Shown in pieces: positions 8,490 to 15,221 of a stretch of 25,665 nt of DNA (its first letter is position 1; each line of letters opens with the position of its first letter). Origin of the DNA: Vulcanimicrobiaceae bacterium (lineage in GTDB: Bacteria > Vulcanimicrobiota > Vulcanimicrobiia > Vulcanimicrobiales > Vulcanimicrobiaceae); contig JBHEMM010000011.1 of the NCBI GenBank assembly GCA_046262595.1, positions 36,823 to 62,487 on the forward strand, given 5' to 3'. The notes beneath the pieces are model-generated. The model made no database searches and was not told where the DNA came from. It was given only the letters and a program-made list of their open reading frames with translations. The translations under genes and the position numbers were made by a program.

Positions 8490-9104
8490 CTAAACGGTTG
8501 TTGATCCCTGTTTCGTTATCGGCAGCGCAAAACCTAACCCGCTCAGCATGCGCGTAAAACGCGCGAGCGGCAAGCCCATGACCGTGTAAAAATCGCCTTC
8601 GATGCGCTCGACGAGCGTTGCGCCGTAGCCTTGTATGCCGTACGCGCCCGCTTTATCCATCGGCTCGCCGCTCGCCGCGTATGCTGCGATCGTTTGCTCG
8701 TCCAGCGCGAAAAACGTGACGCGCGTGCTCTCGCAATACTCGTGCATGCCGCCCTCGGCTACGAATGCGATTGCGGTGTGCACGACATGCGTGCGCCCGG
8801 AGAGATCGCGCAGCATGCGCCGCGCGTCCGCTTCATCGCGCGGCTTGTTGTATGCGGCGCCGTCAACGTCAACGACGGTATCGGCGGCGAGGATGATTTG
8901 CGATGGATCGGCGATGGCGCTCGCGACGTCCGCGCACTTCTTGCGCGCATGTTCGAGCGCCAGCTCGCGCGGCGCCAAGTCGGGACGATCCGGTTCGGGA
9001 TACCTGCTCGGGCGCACGCGCACGTCAAGCCCGAGCGAGCGCAGCAACTCCAAGCGCCGGGGTGATTGCGAGGCCAGGACGAGGCTATTGATAACGGACG
9101 CCAT
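8490..9104 (-). CDS. maf: Maf family nucleoside triphosphate pyrophosphatase (YhdE-like)
   Basis: Motifs LASQSPRRLELL, AADTVV, KP, LSGRTHVVHT, EPMDKAGAYGIQG, IEGDFYTVMGLP. Confidence 0.95.
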   Translation of the reverse strand: MASVINSLVLASQSPRRLELLRSLGLDVRVRPSRYPEPDRPDLAPRELALEHARKKCADVASAIADPSQIILAADTVVDVDGAAYNKPRDEADARRMLRDLSGRTHVVHTAIAFVAEGGMHEYCESTRVTFFALDEQTIAAYAASGEPMDKAGAYGIQGYGATLVERIEGDFYTVMGLPLARFTRMLSGLGFALPITKQGSTTV

Positions 9105-9498
9105 GCGCCTCGATGAAGCCGCCGGTATGACGCCCGCGGGGATCGCGGTGCGTCCAATGGATCACGCCGTCGTCGCATTCGTACTGACCGCGCACGGTGA
9201 CGGTCTCGCCGGCGTGAAGCGGTACCGGGCCGGTAAGATCGACGTTGTCTTCAACGCGGAGGTTCGCCGCGGCACACGGTCGGCGGTAGGGACTGCACGA
9301 AGCGGTTGAAAAAACGAAGCCTTCATGCGCGCCGCCTGCAGACATGCGCGTTCCCAGGACGCGCGTGACGTTACCGCTCAAGGTGACTTCCGCGTGCGCG
9401 GCTCCCGACGCGCACATGCGCTGCACTTGGTCGAGTGCGGTTGCGGACGGCATTTGAGCGCACCCGGCCAGCAGCGCGAGCAGAGCCAAGCGCTTCAC
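9085..9498 (-). CDS. DUF3465-family lipoprotein
   Basis: GTG at 9498 overlaps the nadD stop (GTGA). Lipobox MKRLALLALLAG-C. C-terminal 'GVIHWTHRDPRGRHTGGFIEAHGVRYQ' is characteristic of DUF3465. Confidence 0.75.
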   Translation of the reverse strand: MKRLALLALLAGCAQMPSATALDQVQRMCASGAAHAEVTLSGNVTRVLGTRMSAGGAHEGFVFSTASCSPYRRPCAAANLRVEDNVDLTGPVPLHAGETVTVRGQYECDDGVIHWTHRDPRGRHTGGFIEAHGVRYQ

Positions 9499-10130
9499 GC
9501 GGCGCCATACAGATTCTGGCTGCACATGTACTGCCAAACGCTTTCCGGAACGAGGTAACGCACGGGTTTCCCTTGTGAGAGCAGGCCTCTGAGCAATGTG
9601 GCCGATTCCGGCATTTCCGGCAAGTTGAGCATTTTTATGCGCGAGCGAAGCTCGCCGTTGGGAAGCGCCGCAATGATGCGCGTTAACGCTTCGGTTCCGA
9701 CGCCGGCACGCGGCGCGATGACGAAACCGTCGAGCGCTTCGAGGACCTCTTCAAAACGGACCCAGGCGTTGCTCGCAAGCGAATCCGCACCGGTGATGAA
9801 CGTGAGGCGCGCCTGCGGGTAGCGCTGCTTGAGCAGGGGCAGCAGATCGGCGGTGTAGCCGGTTGCATCGGGCTGCAGTTCGGTTTCATCCAGCGCGAAG
9901 GCGGCATTGCCGGCAATCGCGCGCCGGATCATCTCGCAGCGATGCCGCGCCGAGACCTCCGGTTTGTTGCGGTAGTGCACGTTGTTTGTCGGAACGAACA
10001 ACACGCAGTCCAGGCCTTCGCTCAAGCGCGCGGCTTCCGCGACGAACAAATGAATGTTGTGGATGGGATCGAACGTGCCGCCGAAAATTCCCAAGCGCGC
10101 GGGCTGCGGATCAGCTATAGGTGAATTCAA
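9495..10130 (-). CDS. nadD: Nicotinate-nucleotide adenylyltransferase
   Basis: GIFGGTFDPIH, FITGADSL, W...E, and C-terminal 'SATLLR...GKPVRYLVPESVWQY'; follows obgE. Confidence 0.92.
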   Translation of the reverse strand: MNSPIADPQPARLGIFGGTFDPIHNIHLFVAEAARLSEGLDCVLFVPTNNVHYRNKPEVSARHRCEMIRRAIAGNAAFALDETELQPDATGYTADLLPLLKQRYPQARLTFITGADSLASNAWVRFEEVLEALDGFVIAPRAGVGTEALTRIIAALPNGELRSRIKMLNLPEMPESATLLRGLLSQGKPVRYLVPESVWQYMCSQNLYGAA

Positions 10131-11373
10131 ACGTTCCTATCCGGACGGTGTCGCCTTCGAGCGCACCCATTTCGCGCAATTTTTTCTCGACGCCCATCTT
10201 CGCAAGAATCTGTTCGAAGTGCGCGAGTCCTTCATCGGAGTCGAAGTCCGTCATCGCCGCGAGGCGTTCGATGCGCTCGCCGCTCACCACGAACGCATCG
10301 CGATCTCGCTGAATGACGAACGGTTCGTTCGGTTTGAGAACGATGTGGGCCGGTTCGGGTTTGACGATCTCCGGAAGCGGCGTATTTTGAATCTCGCGCC
10401 AGATCGCGAAGAGCAGGTCTTTCACGCCCGCTCCGGTCGCCGAGCTGATGCCGCGCACGGCGGCGAAACGCTCGCGCAGTTGCTCCAGGCGTTCTTGGGC
10501 TTCGGGCAAATCGAGTTTCGAGACGACCAGCATGGAGGGCTTACCGGCCAAGCCCGCCTTCCACGCGCGCAGCTCGTTTTCGATGACGTCTTTGTCGGCG
10601 AGGATCTCGTCCAGCGTTTTCGCGCCGTCGAGCAGATGAATCAGCACCCGCGTGCGCTCGACGTGGCGCAGAAACTGGTCGCCCAGGCCCGCGCCGGCGT
10701 GGGCGCCTTCAATAAGCCCGGGCACGTCGACCATGACGAACGATTCCTCGTCCGAAAGGCGCACGACGCCGAGTTGCGGTTCCAGTGTGGTGAACGGATA
10801 GTCAGCGATCTTGGGGCGCGCCGCGGAGACGGCCGAGAGCAGCGTCGATTTTCCGGCATTCGGCAAACCGACGATTCCGCAGTCCGCAAGCAGGCGCAGT
10901 TCCAGCCGTAACGTGCAGCGCTCACCCGGCTCGCCTTTTTCGGCGAACCGCGGTGCCTGGCGGGTGCTGGTGGCGTAATGCTGGTTGCCTTGGCCGCCGC
11001 GGCCGCCCTTGGCGACGACGATCCGCTCGCCCGGGCGTTTAAGGTCGGTCAAAAACGCTTCGGGTTCGTCTTCGAGCGTGCGGTACACGAGCGTGCCGAC
11101 GGGCACGGGAATGACCAGGTCATCGCCCGCGCGTCCCGATTTGTTCGATTTGGCGCCCGACTTACCGGTGTCGGCCGCGAACTGCCTCTTGAAGCGGAAT
11201 TCAACGAGCGTCGAAAGCTCGGGCGTCGCCTGCAGATAGACGGTGCCGCCGTGACCGCCGTCGCCTCCGGCCGGCCCGCCCTTGGGAACGTATTTCTCAC
11301 GGCGCCAAGCCACCACGCCGTCGCCGCCGCTGCCCGCCACGACCGTCACGGTCGCTTCGTCGATGAACTTCAC
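10111..11373 (-). CDS. obgE: GTPase ObgE/CgtA with C-terminal OCT domain
   Basis: FIDEA...GGDG...REKYVPKGGPAGGDGG; G1 GLPNAGKST; YPFTTL; DVPGLIEGA; C-terminal 'GVEKKLREMGALEGDTVRIG'. GTG start at 11373. Confidence 0.97.
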   Translation of the reverse strand: MKFIDEATVTVVAGSGGDGVVAWRREKYVPKGGPAGGDGGHGGTVYLQATPELSTLVEFRFKRQFAADTGKSGAKSNKSGRAGDDLVIPVPVGTLVYRTLEDEPEAFLTDLKRPGERIVVAKGGRGGQGNQHYATSTRQAPRFAEKGEPGERCTLRLELRLLADCGIVGLPNAGKSTLLSAVSAARPKIADYPFTTLEPQLGVVRLSDEESFVMVDVPGLIEGAHAGAGLGDQFLRHVERTRVLIHLLDGAKTLDEILADKDVIENELRAWKAGLAGKPSMLVVSKLDLPEAQERLEQLRERFAAVRGISSATGAGVKDLLFAIWREIQNTPLPEIVKPEPAHIVLKPNEPFVIQRDRDAFVVSGERIERLAAMTDFDSDEGLAHFEQILAKMGVEKKLREMGALEGDTVRIGTFEFTYS

Positions 11374-11389
11374 GCGCTTACCGCCGCTC

Positions 11390-11421
11390 GAAAACACAAA
11401 GAGGACCGTAGCGGTCCTCTT
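11390..11421 (-). terminator. Putative Rho-independent terminator after rpmA
   Basis: Perfect inverted repeat AAGAGGACCG (11399-11408) / CGGTCCTCTT (11412-11421), followed on the minus strand by TGTGTTTTC. Confidence 0.65.
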
Positions 11422-11442
11422 GAAAGGCACACGAGCGCGCGT

Positions 11443-11727
11443 TTACGCGGCGGCAGCTGCCCGCACATGAACGTGCTGGCGGTTCCGGTGCGTTGCAAAC
11501 TCGACCACGCCGTCCGCGAGGGCGAACAGTGTGTGGTCCTTGCCGATGCCCACGTTCTCGCCGGGATAAAACTTGGTTCCGCGCTGACGGATGAGGATAT
11601 TGCCGGCAATGACTGCCTGGCCGCCGTAGCGCTTCACGCCCAGGCGCTGGGCGTTGGAGTCGCGTCCGTTACGCGTGGAGCCGGCGCCTTTTTTAGACGC
11701 AAACAGCTGAAGATCGAAAAGGAACAT
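11443..11727 (-). CDS. rpmA: 50S ribosomal protein L27 with N-terminal extension
   Basis: [32 protein letters not shown]...[28 protein letters not shown]. Confidence 0.98.
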   Translation of the reverse strand: MFLFDLQLFASKKGAGSTRNGRDSNAQRLGVKRYGGQAVIAGNILIRQRGTKFYPGENVGIGKDHTLFALADGVVEFATHRNRQHVHVRAAAAA

Positions 11728-11736
11728 AGCCGCGCT

Positions 11737-11765
11737 AGTTTATCAGAAGCCCCGGGGGGCGTCAA
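11737..11765 (-). promoter_or_regulatory. Sigma70/SigA-type promoter of rpmA
   Basis: Minus strand reads TTGACG-N17-TAAACT with TG-n (extended -10). The -10 box ends 9 nt before the ATG. Confidence 0.75.
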
Positions 11766-11801
11766 CGCCCGCCCGCAGGCTGTGACGCGCGGCCGGCCGC
11801 C

Positions 11802-12416
11802 TTAGCCGATGCTCGTCGCGTAGAAAACGCTGCCCGACCAGAAGCCGTAGGCCGTGATGCTTCGTCCGACGTACAGGTTCTGCGCCGCGCCGTTATTCAA
11901 CGCTTGCTGGTCGTCGATGGTGATGGTAGAGAACAAGCCCTGCAGTACGGTGACGCGGTTGCCGCTCACCGAGGTGACCACGCCGTGGATGCTTGCATTG
12001 CTGCCCGGATAACCGTTGTTATTATTGGGATAGCCGTCCGTGCCGCCGTTCTGGGCAATGAATAAGTTGTTGCTGAACGTGCCGCGCAGCGTGTAGTGGC
12101 CGCCGATCTGCAGCGGCGAACCCGCGCGCAGCAAGCTCTGTTCGTTGACGGTGATCATCGCGCCGTTATCCTCACGCAGCTGCACCAAATCGCCGTTCGC
12201 CGCGATGACGGTGCCGCTGATCGTGCTCATGTTGCCGCCGCGATAGGACCGGTTCGATCCGCCGCCGCTGCCGTTTTTGCACCAGCCGCGCACATGCCCG
12301 GCCGGATTGACGCATCCGTGCGGGTCGCCGTTTGCGCCCGGCCGAGCTTGCGCGATGCCCTGCAGGCCCGCGCCGGCCAGGAGAAGCGCCAGAAGCGCCG
12401 CTGAAAATTCTCGCAT
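11802..12416 (-). CDS. Secreted hypothetical protein with two beta-rich (OB-fold/DUF5666-like) repeats
   Basis: GGAGG SD (12422-12426) before the ATG at 12416. Signal peptide MREFSAALLALLLAGAGLQGIAQA. Repeats 'ISGTVIAANGDLVQL' and 'IHGVVTSVSGNRVTV'. Confidence 0.75.
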   Translation of the reverse strand: MREFSAALLALLLAGAGLQGIAQARPGANGDPHGCVNPAGHVRGWCKNGSGGGSNRSYRGGNMSTISGTVIAANGDLVQLREDNGAMITVNEQSLLRAGSPLQIGGHYTLRGTFSNNLFIAQNGGTDGYPNNNNGYPGSNASIHGVVTSVSGNRVTVLQGLFSTITIDDQQALNNGAAQNLYVGRSITAYGFWSGSVFYATSIG

Positions 12417-12435
12417 GCTGTCCTCCATTCTAAGC

Positions 12436-12461
12436 AACGCACTTGCCTGCTTGATGGTTCG
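12436..12461 (-). promoter_or_regulatory. Putative ECF-sigma promoter
   Basis: Minus strand CGAAC-N17-CGTT, upstream of the SD of 11802-12416. Confidence 0.4.
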
Positions 12462-12472
12462 CAAGCGGGCGC

Positions 12473-13195
12473 TTAACGGCGGACGATGTGCGGTGAGCGC
12501 CAGGCGGCTTCGACGCCGTTCCAAAACGCGCCGGAATCCCATTCTCCGCGGACGCGTACGCGCGTCATCTCGAAGCGCGTCTCCGGCGGAACGACGTACG
12601 CCGGGTCGGTCGTCAGGGCAAACGCGACGCCGCTGCGTGCCACCGCCAGCAGTGTCTGGGCGTTGAACCGGCCGGAGGGGTAGGCGTAAGAGCCGACCGG
12701 CGCGTGCGCGTGCCGGCGGAGCGCAGCAATCGACGTTTCGATTTCGTACCGCTGCGCGGCGGGTGACATCAACGAGAGATCGTCGTGCTGCACGCCGTGC
12801 GCGGCGATGTCGAATCCTTGCGCCCGCATCGCGCGCAGCTGCGGCCACGTTACGTGTCGTGGACGGCCGACTTCTCCGCTTACGATATAAAACGTGGCCG
12901 AGCCGCCATACTCGCGCAGCAGCGGCACGGCGAACGCGTACTGGTCGGCATAGCCGTCGTCGAAGGTCAGCACGACGATCCGGTCCAGCGGCTCGCGCAG
13001 CCGTAGACGCCGTTCGAGCTGCGCCATGCTCACCGCCGCGAGGCCGTGGGCGCGCAGGGCGCGTAACTGCGCTTCGAACTGCCGCGGCGTGACGGTCAAA
13101 TCGCGCCCGACCGGATCGCGCGGAACCTGCGCGTCCACGCGGTGGTACATCAAAATCGGCGGCGTGGAGAAGACGGGCGGCAGAGCGGGCAGCAT
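12473..13195 (-). CDS. Polysaccharide deacetylase (CE4/NodB-like)
   Basis: PILMYH, motif 1 TFDDGY, motif 2 HGVQH, motif 3 YAYPSG. Confidence 0.9.
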   Translation of the reverse strand: MLPALPPVFSTPPILMYHRVDAQVPRDPVGRDLTVTPRQFEAQLRALRAHGLAAVSMAQLERRLRLREPLDRIVVLTFDDGYADQYAFAVPLLREYGGSATFYIVSGEVGRPRHVTWPQLRAMRAQGFDIAAHGVQHDDLSLMSPAAQRYEIETSIAALRRHAHAPVGSYAYPSGRFNAQTLLAVARSGVAFALTTDPAYVVPPETRFEMTRVRVRGEWDSGAFWNGVEAAWRSPHIVRR

Positions 13196-13202
13196 CGGGC
13201 GC

Positions 13203-13228
13203 TACGTTCGCAAAAGGGTCCCGGTTCC
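13203..13228 (-). promoter_or_regulatory. Putative ECF-sigma promoter (leaderless) of the deacetylase
   Basis: Minus strand GGAAC-N17-CGTA, ending 7 nt before the ATG at 13195; no SD. Confidence 0.5.
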
Positions 13229-13251
13229 ACCCGCCGTAACCAAGGGACGTT

Positions 13252-14496
13252 TTGAACAAGCGGCGCGTGGTCGTAACCGGCCTGGGAGCGGTTACCCCCC
13301 TGGGCAATACCCGGGACGAATTCTGGAGGCGGCTCGTCGCGGGTGAAAGCGGCGTGGGCCCGATCACCGTCTTTGACGCGGCCGATTTTTCGACGAAGTT
13401 CGCCGCAGAGGTCAAGGACTTCGACCCCGACGCCCTCATCGGCCGGCGGGAGGCGCGCCGCATGGATCGGTATGCGCAGCTCGCGCTGGTGGCGGCAAAA
13501 GAAGCGCTCGAAGATTCCGGCCTGAATCTCTCGGACACCGAACTGCTCGAGAACAGCGGCGCGATCATCGCTACGGGCATCGGCGGCATCCTGACGTTTT
13601 GGCAGAGCGCCGAGAAGGAAAAGCGCGACGGCACGTGGTCGAAAATTTCGCCCTTCTTCATTCCCATGCTGATGGCGAATGCGGCGGCAGCGCAGATCTC
13701 GATGCAGTACGGCTTGCGCGGGCCGCTGTTCGCGGTTTCGAGCGCGTGCGCGAGCGGCAACGACGCGATTATCACCGCTTACAACTATATCGCGCACGGC
13801 GACGCGCCGATGATGGTCACGGGCGGCAGCGAAGCGACGGTCTCGCCTCTTGCCGTCGGCGGATTTTGTTCGATGAAGGCCATGTCCACGCGCAACAACG
13901 ATCCGCAGCGCGCAAGCCGTCCGTTCGACAAGGAGCGCGACGGATTCGTGCTGGGTGAGGGAGCGGGCATCATGGTGCTCGAGGAGTACGAACGCGCAAT
14001 CGCGCGCGGCGCTCGCGTCTATTGTGAAGTGCTCGGCTACGGGCAGTCCGCCGATGCGTACAATTTGGTCGCACCGGATCCGGAAAGCAAGGGCGTGGAA
14101 CTTGCGCTCAACCGTGCGCTCGTGCGTTCGGGCGTTGCTGCGGCGGACGTGGACTATATCAACGCGCACGGGACGTCCACGCCGCTGGGCGACGCGGCCG
14201 AATCGCAGGCAATCGAACGGGTCCTGGGCGCGGACACCAAGGTCGCGGTCAGCTCGACGAAATCCATGCACGGCCACACGCTCGGCGCCGCCGGCGGTTT
14301 GGAAGGCGTCGCCACCGCGTTGAGCGTGCACAACGATCTGCTGCCGCCGACGATCAATTACGAAGTCCCCGATCCGGAGTGCACGCTGGATTACGTTCCG
14401 AACGTCGCCCGCAAGGCAACGGTGAACGTCGCCTTTTCCAACTCATTCGGGTTCGGCGGACACAACAGCGTCGTCGTTCTGGGCAAAGTCCGGTAA
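13252..14496 (+). CDS. fabF: 3-oxoacyl-ACP synthase II
   Basis: RRVVVTGLG; catalytic Cys in SACASG; His in NAHGTST and GHTLGAAG; SNSFGFGGHN. TTG start preceded by AAGGGA. Confidence 0.97.
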   Translation: MNKRRVVVTGLGAVTPLGNTRDEFWRRLVAGESGVGPITVFDAADFSTKFAAEVKDFDPDALIGRREARRMDRYAQLALVAAKEALEDSGLNLSDTELLENSGAIIATGIGGILTFWQSAEKEKRDGTWSKISPFFIPMLMANAAAAQISMQYGLRGPLFAVSSACASGNDAIITAYNYIAHGDAPMMVTGGSEATVSPLAVGGFCSMKAMSTRNNDPQRASRPFDKERDGFVLGEGAGIMVLEEYERAIARGARVYCEVLGYGQSADAYNLVAPDPESKGVELALNRALVRSGVAAADVDYINAHGTSTPLGDAAESQAIERVLGADTKVAVSSTKSMHGHTLGAAGGLEGVATALSVHNDLLPPTINYEVPDPECTLDYVPNVARKATVNVAFSNSFGFGGHNSVVVLGKVR

Positions 14497-14498
14497 CG

Positions 14499-15221
14499 GT
14501 GGCGGGCGAGCAGCGCAGACGGCGTTTGCGCGCGCTGCTCGAACGCGCCGGCATTAAAGATGCGCCGCTCGAGCGCATTGAGGCGGCCTTCGTCCACGAC
14601 AGCGCCGCCGCCGAACAAGGCACGCGTTCGAACGAACGCCTCGAATTTTTGGGAGATGCCGTGCTCGGCGCGGTGGTGGCGCACTGGCTGTACGAGCATT
14701 TCCCGCACGATCCCGAAGGTACGCTCGCAAAACGCAAGGCGGCAATCGTGAGCGATCGCGCTCTCGCGCAAACTGCGGCCCGCTTAGGTTTTGGAGAGCT
14801 AATCGAGCTGGGAACCGGCGAGCGCGCCCGCGGCGGAACGCAGCGCGCGTCGATTTTGGGCGACGCCTTCGAGGCATTCCTCGCTGCGCTGTTTCTGGGA
14901 CATGGCTTGGGTGCCGTGCAGCGTTTCGTGCTTCGCGAGCACGTCGCGTCGCTCGATCTGGAACGGGCTTCGCAGGCGGATGCGAAAACGCAGCTGCAGG
15001 AGCTCACCCAGGGCCGCCTCGCTTGCGCGCCCGAATACCGCGAATCGGGAGACGGTCCGGACCACGCCAGAACCTTTATCACGCAGGTGCAGGTCGGCGG
15101 CGAGGTGCTTGGAACGGGAACGGGCCCCTCGAAGAAGGCCGCGCAGCAACAGGCTGCCGCTGCCGCATTACACGCCCTTCAGGAACGCTTTGAACGAAAC
15201 GATGCAACTCAAGAAAATTAA
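14499..15221 (+). CDS. rnc: Ribonuclease III
   Basis: NERLEFLGDAVL signature, DAFEAFLAA, and dsRBD 'KTQLQE...GTGPSKKAAQQQAA'. GTG 2 nt after the fabF stop. Confidence 0.97.
   Translation: MAGEQRRRRLRALLERAGIKDAPLERIEAAFVHDSAAAEQGTRSNERLEFLGDAVLGAVVAHWLYEHFPHDPEGTLAKRKAAIVSDRALAQTAARLGFGELIELGTGERARGGTQRASILGDAFEAFLAALFLGHGLGAVQRFVLREHVASLDLERASQADAKTQLQELTQGRLACAPEYRESGDGPDHARTFITQVQVGGEVLGTGTGPSKKAAQQQAAAAALHALQERFERNDATQEN

Noticed and set aside
11802..13775. 657-aa minus-strand ORF
   Set aside because: Only the last 204 aa (ATG 12416, with SD and signal peptide) look real. The remainder is antisense to fabF or out of frame within the deacetylase.
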